A stretch of 37,004 nucleotides of DNA from the NCBI GenBank assembly GCA_964534285.1, contig CAZHQV010000003.1:1-37004 (forward strand), in the 5' to 3' direction. Below, piece by piece: positions 10,872 to 20,131 of the stretch (positions are counted from its first letter, which is position 1; every line of letters starts with the position of its first letter). The notes under the pieces were generated by a model. It saw only the letters and a program-made list of their open reading frames with translations, made no database searches and had not been told where the DNA came from. The translations under genes were made by a program, and so were the position numbers. This stretch comes from an uncultured Dehalococcoidales bacterium. Its GTDB lineage: Bacteria > Chloroflexota > Dehalococcoidia > GIF9 > AB-539-J10.

Positions 10872-11105
10872 GATGGACTCATGACTATACCGAGCTTCCG
10901 AGAATGGATGCGAAAATAGCTCGGCTCTTGGTGAGGTGACCCGGTTTGTCTCGCACAATAGCGCAATTGTGCATGGGCCAGACGGACTCGCCTGGCATGC
11001 CAGGATTTGGCCCAATTGGCACTTGGGGCCAAGCATCATGTCATTCTAGCTGAATCCAGCAGCGATATCCGGCATCAAGACAGATTAGATATAAAGGAGG
11101 TAATC

Positions 11106-12794
11106 ATGTGTCCGATAGGCGGCGTTTTCAGTCGCAATGGTGAAGACGTAGCCACCCAGATAGACTGTGTGATGGCTAGTCTCTATCCCGAAAATTTCGC
11201 CAAGCCTTGGCTGGTCTCCAAGCGGATGTCTCGGGAGAGGGAGAATGGGAGACATGGAGTGACACGAAGCTCTGCAGTTGGGCAAGCTCTGGGGCAGGTT
11301 TCATTCATCACTAGAGAACAATATCCGGAGCAACCGGCTCTTGATTGCAGTGGCAGCCTGGCTGTGCTCTACGAAGGGAACCTCTACAATATTGACGAAC
11401 TGAGGTCGAAGATCGACCCAGTCCACCGGCTTTTTGCTCGAGGTGCTGCTGATATAATTGCCCATCTGCTGGAAGAGAATTATCGAGGCGATCTACGAAC
11501 AGCATTGAGGCAGGTTACGGCTATGCTGGATGGGGTGTACTGCCTGGCAGCCAGTGACGGCAGCGAAGCCGTCGTCATGCGTGATTGTTTGGGTAGAAGA
11601 CCGGTTTTCTACGGTACGGGTAGTGGATTCACTGCCTTTGCCTCGAAAAAGAAAGCGCTATGGGAGGCAGGACTGCGCGATGTAAAACGGCTACGCGCAG
11701 GGACGCAGGCCTGTTTTAAGAAAGGTGGTATTACTGTCGAAGAGTCGTCTTCGCTAGGCAGGACGGAAATCAGCATGGATGACCTGCCAGGCGTTGTTGA
11801 TAGCTATTGCAGCCTACTCAAACGAGCTGTTGCTAAGAGGCTGCATAGGCTAGAAAGGGTGGGTGTGCTCGTCTCTGGAGGGGTGGACAGTTGTCTGCTA
11901 GCCAAGCTTGTCTTAGATATTGCAGCCATAAGGGGTATTGAAGTAACGGCCTATACGGCCGGCGTGGATGGTGCCCCCGATATAGGGTATGCGGAGCGCT
12001 TCGCCCGTGAACTGGGCATGAGCCATGAAGTAAGAAGGCTCAGCTCGGATGAGGTTGAGTCCTATATACCTCAAGTTGCCACTGCTGTTGAGGAAAGGGA
12101 CCTAGTGCAGATTGAAGCTGGTATCGGAGTTTATGCTGCAGTGGAGATGGCAAGTCAGGAGGGCTTCAAGGTCATTCTCTCTGGTCAGGGTCCAGACGAG
12201 CTGTGGGGTGGGTATAGCTGGTATCCGCAGGTTGTTGCCAGAGAAGGATATCAAGGCCTCAGGCGAAGGATGCGGCGTGATTTGGAAAGGGCAGATATAG
12301 AGACACTGGATAGGGAGAACAGGATTGCCTTGGCTCAAGGGGTAGAACTGGTTTTTCCCTACCTTGACACCAAAGTAGTCAGGCTGGCAATGAGCGTCTC
12401 CCCTCGCTTAATGATAAGCTCTGGTGAAGATAGCCTTGGCAAGAGTCCTCACCGAGAAGCAGCCAAAAGGTTCGGGCTACCAAGGCAGTATGCTGAGAGA
12501 TGTAAGGATGCTGCTCAGCACGGCAGCGGAATTCACGATACCCTTGATACCGTAGCGCGTAAGAATGGGTTCACTCCTGGCTTGGTAGCGCATGCAGGAT
12601 ATGACAGCGCTGAAGTCACTCGGGAGAGACTAGGCAGCTCTACTCGCTATGGCTACCTATACGATGAAAGGGAACTTTGGCAAGTCTCTGAGCATGTTCA
12701 ATTCTTTCTTGACTCAGTGGCATATGAGAATAACCTGCTTAATGAGGCCGAGAGGTCAAAAATAGAGCGATTCCTAGAGAAGGCGAGGAGTTGA
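11106..12794 (+). CDS. asparagine synthase (AsnB)-like amidotransferase
   Basis: RBS AAAGGAGG; N-terminal MC (Ntn nucleophile), PP-loop SGGVDS, SGQGPDELWGGY. Confidence 0.85.
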   Translation: MCPIGGVFSRNGEDVATQIDCVMASLYPENFAKPWLVSKRMSRERENGRHGVTRSSAVGQALGQVSFITREQYPEQPALDCSGSLAVLYEGNLYNIDELRSKIDPVHRLFARGAADIIAHLLEENYRGDLRTALRQVTAMLDGVYCLAASDGSEAVVMRDCLGRRPVFYGTGSGFTAFASKKKALWEAGLRDVKRLRAGTQACFKKGGITVEESSSLGRTEISMDDLPGVVDSYCSLLKRAVAKRLHRLERVGVLVSGGVDSCLLAKLVLDIAAIRGIEVTAYTAGVDGAPDIGYAERFARELGMSHEVRRLSSDEVESYIPQVATAVEERDLVQIEAGIGVYAAVEMASQEGFKVILSGQGPDELWGGYSWYPQVVAREGYQGLRRRMRRDLERADIETLDRENRIALAQGVELVFPYLDTKVVRLAMSVSPRLMISSGEDSLGKSPHREAAKRFGLPRQYAERCKDAAQHGSGIHDTLDTVARKNGFTPGLVAHAGYDSAEVTRERLGSSTRYGYLYDERELWQVSEHVQFFLDSVAYENNLLNEAERSKIERFLEKARS

Positions 12795-13064
12795 TGAAGG
12801 CTCGAAATCTGTATCAGAGGAATGCGAGGTGGTGAACAGTGGCACTGTCACCCCTTGGCCGGAGACCCAATCCTGCGACGAAGCCTCGAGCTATACTCAA
12901 ACCTGACTGACCGGGAGATTTGTAGTTCATTAGCGACTGCTATGATTGGGCTCACAGTGACTGCTGCACCTTGGCCTGACGATGAATTATGCCAGTTGGG
13001 GCTAAGCGACGGGCCGCAAAGTCAAATGACATACCACACTGAAGAATTCCGTTTCGGGGGGCAC

Positions 13065-13190
13065 ATGAAAGGTTATCGAACTCCGTCCTGGTTCCGCTCG
13101 AAGGCACACCTGAGAGACAAACAGGTGAAAGCCCAGCGCGTGAAACCCAGAGCCCATAGGTCGGGGAAAGGAAAACGAGAACCGCGGTAG
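13065..13190 (+). CDS. small basic protein (41 aa)
   Basis: MKGYRTPSWFRSKAHLRDKQ...GKGKREPR with a G-rich RBS; it is the 3' part of track ORF 12822..13190. Confidence 0.45.
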   Translation: MKGYRTPSWFRSKAHLRDKQVKAQRVKPRAHRSGKGKREPR

Positions 13191-13220
13191 GCGAGCTTGG
13201 TTCTCTGCGGGAGGTTGGAT

Positions 13221-13532
13221 ATGAGCGACGTTTTTGATGAAGCCCAGGCACTACTACAGTGTAAATCCTGTCCCTGGTATAAGAATTGCGTTATGCCAAT
13301 GCGGGTGACCGAAGAAGATTTAAGGAGGGAACTTGAGGCGTCCATGCCCGGTACCTCGATCTCCGGAGCCCCTTACGAAATATCGCAGCTTCTGTCAACA
13401 ATGGCAGCAGCAGCTCAAAACTCCCTTCTTGAGGGCTGTCCGGTATTTATTAATAGACTGAGAAACAACCCTAAACTCGCGCAGCGGATAAAGAAGATGA
13501 TGCAGGAATGGTCAAAGGAGGACGAAGAGTAA
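13221..13532 (+). CDS. hypothetical Cys-motif (possible metal-binding) protein
   Basis: RBS GGAGG; CxxCPWYxxC...GCP. Confidence 0.7.
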   Translation: MSDVFDEAQALLQCKSCPWYKNCVMPMRVTEEDLRRELEASMPGTSISGAPYEISQLLSTMAAAAQNSLLEGCPVFINRLRNNPKLAQRIKKMMQEWSKEDEE

Positions 13533-13555
13533 GCTAGCAAGGGGGGCAGCTAATT

Positions 13556-14101
13556 GTGAGAGAGATGACTATTGATAGCATAAGGGTTAGCCTGGAGAAT
13601 TACCAACATGTGGTACTCCTGAAGGAGCAGGCAGGTGAGCGGTATCTTCCAATCTGGATTGGCCGCGCTGAGGCCGATGCCATAGGAAGAAAACTTCGAG
13701 GAGCCGCTGCGCCCAGACCTTTAAGCCATGACCTGTTATGGTCAGTCATCAGCGTCTTGGGGGCCAGTGTCGAGTCCGTTATCATTGATGGCCTCAAGGA
13801 CGATGCTTTCTATGGCGAAATCATTCTAAACACCTCAAAAGGAAGAACTGAGATTGACTCCCGACCCAGCGACGCCTTGGCACTGGCAGTAAGAGCCGGG
13901 GCACCAATCTTTGCTGAGGACACGGTCCTAGATGAAGCCGGCCTCTTAGTAGACACGGAAACCGGCGAAGCTACTCCACAAGAACCGCCTCAAGGGAAAA
14001 ATATTGGCGAAGAGGAGTCAGGGGGGATGTCTGCTTTCACTGACTTTGTCGACAACCTAAATATGGATGACCTCGGTGAAGCAAGAGAGGAAGATGAATA
14101 G
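13556..14101 (+). CDS. bifunctional nuclease (DUF151/BFN) family protein
   Basis: LPIWIG..EA.AI, RPLSHDL, IDSRPSDALALAVR. Confidence 0.92.
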   Translation: MREMTIDSIRVSLENYQHVVLLKEQAGERYLPIWIGRAEADAIGRKLRGAAAPRPLSHDLLWSVISVLGASVESVIIDGLKDDAFYGEIILNTSKGRTEIDSRPSDALALAVRAGAPIFAEDTVLDEAGLLVDTETGEATPQEPPQGKNIGEEESGGMSAFTDFVDNLNMDDLGEAREEDE

Positions 14102-14146
14102 AGTGCATCATCCCAACAAAAAGAAACACACGATAATGGAGGTAAT

Positions 14147-14761
14147 ATGCTGACAGTGACTGCAAGTGCAAAAGAAAAGCTTGAAGAGGTTCTGCAAAAG
14201 CAGGCCGAGCCCGAAAGGGCTATCAGGATTATGCGTTCCCCTTCGCAGCCAGACCAATTAGAGCTGACTTTGGACAAACAGAAGGAAGGAGACCAGGTAG
14301 TGGAGACTGAAGACGGCGCAAAGCTATTGCTTGTAGGGGCTGATTTAGCTCCTGCACTGGACGGAATAGTAATGGACTACCAGGAAACACCCCAAGGCTC
14401 AGGCTTCACCATGTCGAGGATTGCTCCAGAAGCCGAGATGAGCAAGGTGATCGAAGTGACGGACGAGAATTTTGAGGAAGTGGTATTGAAATCGAATCTT
14501 CCCACCGAGGTCGACTGCTGGGCACCATGGTGTGGTCCGTGCCTCATGGTTTCTCCAATATATGACAAGCTCTCAGAAGAATACGAGGACAGATTCAAAT
14601 TCTGCAAGCTGAACGTGGATGAAAACCGCCAGACTGCTACAAGATATCAGATTATGAGCATACCGATGCAATTGTTTTTCAAAGATGGCGAATTGGTTGA
14701 CAGCATCTTGGGGGCAGTTCCCGAGGCCCGGATTCGGGCCAAGGTTGAGGAGTTCGTATAG
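14147..14761 (+). CDS. HesB-like domain fused to thioredoxin
   Basis: N-terminal ~97 aa resemble 10467..10748; C-terminal thioredoxin domain with WAPWCGPC and SIP. Confidence 0.85.
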   Translation: MLTVTASAKEKLEEVLQKQAEPERAIRIMRSPSQPDQLELTLDKQKEGDQVVETEDGAKLLLVGADLAPALDGIVMDYQETPQGSGFTMSRIAPEAEMSKVIEVTDENFEEVVLKSNLPTEVDCWAPWCGPCLMVSPIYDKLSEEYEDRFKFCKLNVDENRQTATRYQIMSIPMQLFFKDGELVDSILGAVPEARIRAKVEEFV

Positions 14762-14853
14762 CCTTTGTCGGCTGCCCAGCTGAAACCGTCAATCTGCCTC
14801 AAGCGTGGATAATGACATCAAAGGTGAACTGGAAAGCAAAGGAGGTAAGAGCC

Positions 14854-15075
14854 ATGCCAATCTACGAATACCAGTGTACTACCTGTGGAGAGAAGTTTGA
14901 AGTCCGTCAGTCCATAGGTGAGGATGGTTCCAAGCTTACTTGCCCTAAATGCAATGCCGAACATCCGAAGAGGTTGTTGTCTTCATTCTTCAGCCCGGCC
15001 TCAAGCACGTCTGAGCCTTCGGAGATAAGCTGTCCCACCTGCGGCACAGGCACCTGTGGGCTCCCGCCAATGTAG
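14854..15075 (+). CDS. FmdB-family zinc-ribbon protein
   Basis: RBS AAAGGAGG; MPIYEYQC..CG..FE...CPKC and a Cys-rich tail. Confidence 0.9.
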   Translation: MPIYEYQCTTCGEKFEVRQSIGEDGSKLTCPKCNAEHPKRLLSSFFSPASSTSEPSEISCPTCGTGTCGLPPM

Positions 15076-15167
15076 CGAAATGCTGCACTCGGGGTGAGGC
15101 AAGGTGAGTCAGGGCTCAAGGCGCTCGTGCCCGAAACGAACCGTCAAAACAAGTAAGGAGGAATGAT

Positions 15168-15488
15168 ATGTTGTTCTTATTCAAAGCTGAAACGAAAGGT
15201 GCATTTCCACTTCCAATCGAGGAGTGGATGAAACTGGTGGTGAAGCATGTGGAGACCCTCGTCAGCTATAAGCAGCAGGGAAAAATCTTGGCGGGAGGTC
15301 CATCGGCCGATGCAAAGGGGGCATATTTCATTCTGGATGTGGGATCGATAGAGGAACTCCAGGGGTTGGTGACTCAACTGCCGCTGTTTCCTTTCAGCGA
15401 CTCGGAGCTCATCCCGCTAGTCAGTCTTGAGCGGGCCATGGAGTCCGCTAAACAGGCCGTGGCACAATCCCAAGAATCGAAGAAGTAG
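15168..15488 (+). CDS. muconolactone isomerase/YCII-like protein
   Basis: RBS AAGGAGG; GKILAGG...ILDV.S.EEL..L...LPLFPF...PL. Confidence 0.75.
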   Translation: MLFLFKAETKGAFPLPIEEWMKLVVKHVETLVSYKQQGKILAGGPSADAKGAYFILDVGSIEELQGLVTQLPLFPFSDSELIPLVSLERAMESAKQAVAQSQESKK

Positions 15489-15801
15489 TATAGAAGGAAC
15501 TAAGCCTGACCCCGGGCCTCACCTTGGGTGGCTGACAGCCTATGAAAGCGGATAAGAGGCTTCGTAGGCTCCGCACGAATTGGCTATGGGCGCCTTCTTC
15601 CATCGGCGCAATGTTATGTGGCATCTCCACGGGAAGAATGTATCAGAAGGAGGCCACAAATGTGAGTAGAGAGGGTGTTTAGGAATAGATGATGAACTGT
15701 GAGATAGTCGCGAGTCCTAGCAGAGGGCCCCTGCCCGCCGATGCTCGATTAGCGGGGATCCACAAACGCCAAACAGCTGTCAGTAGAAGGAGGCGATGAA
15801 T

Positions 15802-15969
15802 ATGCCACCGGAAGAGAACAAGGCCATTGTTCGCCGCTGCGTACAAGAGATTTGCAGCAAGGGGAACTTCGCTGCATACGAATTGGGGGACTATTTCCAA
15901 CAATTCAAAGGACAATTCTCCTGCATCTGGGGGAGTTACCCCATTTACCTGCAAGAAGGTATGATTTAG
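15802..15969 (+). pseudogene. truncated SnoaL-like/ester cyclase gene (5' fragment)
   Basis: RBS AGAAGGAGG. MPPEENKAIVRRCVQEICSKGN resembles the family N-terminus; similarity is lost after about 28 codons. Confidence 0.55.
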
Positions 15970-16001
15970 TATGTACGCACAGCAATTACCAGGAGGGGAT
16001 G

Positions 16002-16805
16002 ATGCAAGAGAGGGCTGAAAAGAAAAGAAGACTCTTAATCGTGGACGATGAACCTGATTTTGTCGGAGATGTGAAAGGTGCTCTAGAGAGTGAGGTAACT
16101 GAGGTCATTGCCGTCGTAACTAAGAGCGAGGCTGAGCAAATAGCGAAGACTACAGGCCTTGATTTAATAATTCTGGGTACCCTGACACCACGTGGAGAGG
16201 CATTCGCGTTGCATCAATGGTTGAGAGCCAACCCAAAGACTAAGGACCTGCCGCTCATAGTCATGGATGCACCGCCGGAGAGGCAACTTGTCAAGGGCTG
16301 GAGAAGGGACGAGGCAGCTTTGATGGAGGCTGAGGAGTACCTAACCAAGCCGGTTGAGTCAGGCGCACTAGCCACCAGAGCGCAGTCGATTCTGGCAAGG
16401 GCAGCCGAACGCATAAGGGTGCTGATAGTGGATGACCACTCGGTAGTTAGGGAGGCCATTCAGGCCGTACTGGCGCCTGAAAAAGATATCGAGGTAATAG
16501 GCGCAGCCGAGAATGGGAAGGTGGCATTAGAGAAGGTGAGGGAACTAGCCCCCGATATCGTGATAATGGATATCGTCATGCCTGAAATGGATGGGTTTGA
16601 AGCGACCAAACGGATATACAAAGAATATCCACAAACAAGGGTCTTGATGCTGTCTCAGTACGACGGTGGGGAGAATATCCTTGCTTCTGAGCGGATAGGA
16701 GCTGGCGGATTTGTTTCCAAGCGGGCCACCAGTTCTGAGTTGGTGAAAGAGGTGAGGGCCATCGATTACCTGGGGAAGCCACTGCAAAGGCCTGCTGAAT
16801 GTTGA
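16002..16805 (+). CDS. tandem receiver-domain protein (atypical REC + canonical REC)
   Basis: RBS AGGAGG. REC1 has DLIILG (Asp absent), REC2 has DIVIMDIVMP. No output domain. Confidence 0.88.
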   Translation: MQERAEKKRRLLIVDDEPDFVGDVKGALESEVTEVIAVVTKSEAEQIAKTTGLDLIILGTLTPRGEAFALHQWLRANPKTKDLPLIVMDAPPERQLVKGWRRDEAALMEAEEYLTKPVESGALATRAQSILARAAERIRVLIVDDHSVVREAIQAVLAPEKDIEVIGAAENGKVALEKVRELAPDIVIMDIVMPEMDGFEATKRIYKEYPQTRVLMLSQYDGGENILASERIGAGGFVSKRATSSELVKEVRAIDYLGKPLQRPAEC

Positions 16806-16978
16806 GCTACGCTCTATCCTGTATTCAAAAAGCAGGCATAGGAAGTCATGCTACGATGAGTAATTGACAAGTTCAGACCTCAGACCTTGACCCAAACTGC
16901 GACGATGCAGGGTCCAACCCCACAGACCGAGATATATTGAGAAACAACTAGACGCTTGGGAAACTTAGCCCAGCCAAG

Positions 16979-17674
16979 ATGCAGTTCATCAGAAGGTCGC
17001 AAGAAACATCGAGGCACTGGCGTGGCCTAGTTAGCCGGTTGGCTTTCCTGGCTGCAAACACGGTCTGGAGAGAGGCAGCTATTTCAAGACGGCTTAGAGA
17101 GAGGAAAGGTGGGAGCGTTCTCGATGTGGGTTGTGGGAAGCATAGTGCGCTACTTTCGATAGCTAAGCATTACAAATTTGAGCTAACGGGGCTTGACATC
17201 TTCGAGCCTTATCTCAAAGAAGCAAAAAACAAGGGGGGTTATCGGAGTGTCGTTCTTGCCGATGCAAGGCAGCTTCCGTTCAAAGATAAGAGTTTTGAAG
17301 CAGTAGCATGTATTGAGGTTATTGAGCACGTTGGAAAGGAAGGTGGAGAGAAGCTCCTTAATGAACTTGAAAGAATTTCGAGATGGCTAGTATTGATAAG
17401 CACCCCGATTGGAGAATCTGTGCAGCATGCTTATGATGGAAACCCTTACCAAGAACACAGGTATATCTGGAGTGTTGAAGAGTTGGAGGCGAGGGGTTTC
17501 GAGATGAGAGGAAGAGGGCTAAAGGGTTTGGCGGGAGAGCATTGGTGGGGCTTGTTACCTTACTTTTTGAGACCAATACAGTATGTTATCGAAATCATCG
17601 GAACATCGATTTCCTATTCTTTCCCCAAAATAGCCTCAGGTGTAATCGCGTGGAAGGAGACAGGCATATCATGA
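16979..17674 (+). CDS. class I SAM-dependent methyltransferase
   Basis: VLDVGCG, GLD, DARQLPF.D.SF, EVIEH. Confidence 0.88.
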   Translation: MQFIRRSQETSRHWRGLVSRLAFLAANTVWREAAISRRLRERKGGSVLDVGCGKHSALLSIAKHYKFELTGLDIFEPYLKEAKNKGGYRSVVLADARQLPFKDKSFEAVACIEVIEHVGKEGGEKLLNELERISRWLVLISTPIGESVQHAYDGNPYQEHRYIWSVEELEARGFEMRGRGLKGLAGEHWWGLLPYFLRPIQYVIEIIGTSISYSFPKIASGVIAWKETGIS

Positions 17675-17853
17675 CTGGCCTATGACTCTATCGTATGACT
17701 GCGGGTAGATGCTCCCTAGACCAACGACGGTCTAGAACAGGCAGTCGAGGCAACATTTAGACGTTTGTTCAGCCTTAGTTAGCAGAGAAGCCCTTGACAA
17801 GAGGCATCCGCTGTTGCTGCGGAAAGCGCCAGACAATAGAATTGAGGTGTGAA

Positions 17854-18567
17854 ATGGGAAGGATCAAAGCATTTGGCAAATATGTGCCTGTCACCAAGGG
17901 TGGCCAGGTCAAGTTCTACCTTCCGCTGGAGAGATGCGCTGACATAGACGCGCTAAGTGCCAGCGGCTATGAGGTTGCCGAGGAGTGTCAGGATCTCATA
18001 GGAATTGTCAGGCTAATAAGAGAAGCTGAGAGTCGGCAAGCCGTGTCAGAGCGGAGAAAGCGCAAGTTTGTCACCGCCGCTCTTGCTGACTTTTCCCAGG
18101 AGGTAGGGAGCATAGACTTGCTTTGCCCGTACTGTCTAGGCCGGATTGAACGGAACTGCCCGGCTCATGAGGGTAAGGTTATCTGTGGCTGGTATGACGA
18201 GATAAGCAGCTGCGATGGCTCTGCGTCCTATAGTGTGGATAGAGCCAACTTTGTGCTTGGCATGCCGGATGTGGAAAGATACACCTGCTCTGCCCGGGGA
18301 ACTCAATTAGAGCTTACAGTTTACGACCTGCACTATCTCAGGGAAGAGATAGACCGCAGAACTAGAATAATCGAAGGAGACCAGACCTCAGCCTGCGACC
18401 TAGAGCTGGCCAGGATATTTCCGCTGAGAGTGAGCTTGGAGAGGACGAGACGTAGCTTCAAAGAGCTTGTCCGGGAACTCATGCAGAAAGATGCCATAAG
18501 CTGGCTGAACACCCTTAGCCTTGGGGACCTGGGAAGCCTGCTCGAGGGGGCGACCAAAAGAAGCTAG
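17854..18567 (+). CDS. hypothetical protein with CxxC...CxxH...C motifs
   Basis: RBS GAGGTG before ATG 17854; long ORF ending just before a double terminator. Confidence 0.65.
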   Translation: MGRIKAFGKYVPVTKGGQVKFYLPLERCADIDALSASGYEVAEECQDLIGIVRLIREAESRQAVSERRKRKFVTAALADFSQEVGSIDLLCPYCLGRIERNCPAHEGKVICGWYDEISSCDGSASYSVDRANFVLGMPDVERYTCSARGTQLELTVYDLHYLREEIDRRTRIIEGDQTSACDLELARIFPLRVSLERTRRSFKELVRELMQKDAISWLNTLSLGDLGSLLEGATKRS

Positions 18568-18607
18568 CAGAGTCTATGACAAAGGGAAGGTAGCAGTCGC
18601 AAAAAGA

Positions 18608-18687
18608 AAGGGGAGTTCAATCCTACACCTTGGGATTGAACTCCCCTTGAACACAAAAAGGGGCTACCTATCCGCCCCTTTTTGTGT
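18608..18687. terminator. two tandem hairpins (bidirectional terminators)
   Basis: 16-bp stem (18608-23/18633-48) and 14-bp stem (18651-64/18674-87) with A/T tracts, between convergent genes. Confidence 0.8.
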
Positions 18688-18711
18688 GTGGCTATTCTCG
18701 GCTATTGCGTT

Positions 18712-19968
18712 CTATGCTACTCCTACGGCTTCCGCTTCCTCTTCGGCTACCGTTTCGCCTTCGGTTTCCTCTTCGGCTTCCCCTTCGGCCTTGGGCTTCG
18801 CCTTCCGCTTCCGCCTGGGCTTTCCTTTCCTTTCCGCTTCAGTTTCGCCTTTGGCTTCGGTTTCCGCTTCGGCCTTGGCTTCCTCTTTCGGTAGAAACAT
18901 CGGCATGACAAGACAACGGTGACTGTCAACGGTGAGGAGCATGGCCGATTTCTCGTCAACTATGCTCAAATCCACCATGCCACCACAGGCCTTCAGCGCG
19001 ACTAGCAACCGCTTGCCTTCAACGGCTATAGTAGCTTCGCCCGTAGTTTCCGCGGCTATTTCCGCCTGTCCTCTTTCGCCCTTGGCTTCTACGACTATCT
19101 TACCTTCGGCTACGGTCAAGGTAAGCGGGCGGTATAGAGGTTTCAGGCTATCGTCATACCAGATAGTCAACAGGCTTCGGCTTGCCCTGATTAGCTCTTT
19201 CGAGTCAAAGCTAGCAGTAGCCGTAAACTCTGTCGGTATGATTTGCTCGTAGTTGGGATAAGTCCCGTCCTGGCTTCGGAAACGGTATCTAATTAAATCC
19301 GTTTCCACTACGAGAAACTTTTCCACGATAGCGCCGTTATCGTTTGCCTTGTCCTCAATGCCGAGCTTCACCCGTCTTGACTTCCGCAAAGCTGGAATCA
19401 AGCCTTTCAATTCACTAGCGTATATCAAGGCTTCCGCTTCGCCCTCGTCAAAGCTGAGGTTAACTTCGCTCAGGCTAAAGCCATCGCAACCTGTAAAGGT
19501 TAGCCTGTTGTCCTTCTGGACAACCTGGGCGCATTGGAGAACAGGGCGCGCTTGGTCACTGGAAGTGAACGGCAGAACCTTTGACAGCGCTTCGGCTAGC
19601 TCAACGCTACCGACATTCGGCATGACGGCGTTTCTAGGCGAAACGTGGACTTCGGCATAGCTATGAGGAGTCTTGTCCTTAATCCACGCTCCATCGGGAA
19701 TATAGCCTTGGTGACTACCACAAACTACCTTGGCGGCCTTTTCGGCAACCTGCGATTCGCCAGCGCTGCCGTTGGCAGGTACTACCTTGACGATATTGCT
19801 ACCTGCCAAAGCCTTCAGGTAAGCGGTGAAGCCTCTTCGCCCTACAGTGACATCGTTGAACACGGCTAACCTTTCGGCTAGCACCGTTGACAACGCTCCT
19901 ACCAGTAAGTCCTTATGGGCGACAAAGCCAATGCCAGAACGCTTGCCTTCTATATTCACTTGCTCCAA
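18712..19968 (-). CDS. divergent DNA polymerase III beta-clamp (DnaN)-like protein with charged tail
   Basis: SSDQARPVL, GCDGFSL (cf. ATDGHRL), DGTYPNYEQIIP, CLVMPM. First domain is divergent; ~60-aa E/A/K/R tail; not next to dnaA. Confidence 0.8.
   Translation of the reverse strand: MEQVNIEGKRSGIGFVAHKDLLVGALSTVLAERLAVFNDVTVGRRGFTAYLKALAGSNIVKVVPANGSAGESQVAEKAAKVVCGSHQGYIPDGAWIKDKTPHSYAEVHVSPRNAVMPNVGSVELAEALSKVLPFTSSDQARPVLQCAQVVQKDNRLTFTGCDGFSLSEVNLSFDEGEAEALIYASELKGLIPALRKSRRVKLGIEDKANDNGAIVEKFLVVETDLIRYRFRSQDGTYPNYEQIIPTEFTATASFDSKELIRASRSLLTIWYDDSLKPLYRPLTLTVAEGKIVVEAKGERGQAEIAAETTGEATIAVEGKRLLVALKACGGMVDLSIVDEKSAMLLTVDSHRCLVMPMFLPKEEAKAEAETEAKGETEAERKGKPRRKRKAKPKAEGEAEEETEGETVAEEEAEAVGVA
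18720..18890. repeat. imperfect hexamer repeats (TTCGGC/TTCCGC) encoding the clamp tail
   Basis: Visible directly; encodes EA/ET/EG dipeptides. Confidence 0.7.
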
Positions 19969-20131
19969 TGTATCACCCCCCTTAATCGTATTCGGCCAGG
20001 CTAGCCATAACCTGGCTATTGATTAGAGCAAGAGGTTTATTGAAGCTGTCGAGGTTACTTGATAGCTGCTGTCCGCTAGCCTATCTTTCCCCTCTACTGT
20101 AGTAATGATTTTGGGAAGGCAAATTGATACA

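Noticed and set aside
11106-12794. Lasso peptide cyclase
   Set aside because: The N-terminal Cys is retained, and no leader peptidase, RRE or typical precursor is present.
18521-18959. Several overlapping ORFs (FGFRF, LPLRLP)
   Set aside because: Shadow frames of the repetitive clamp tail.
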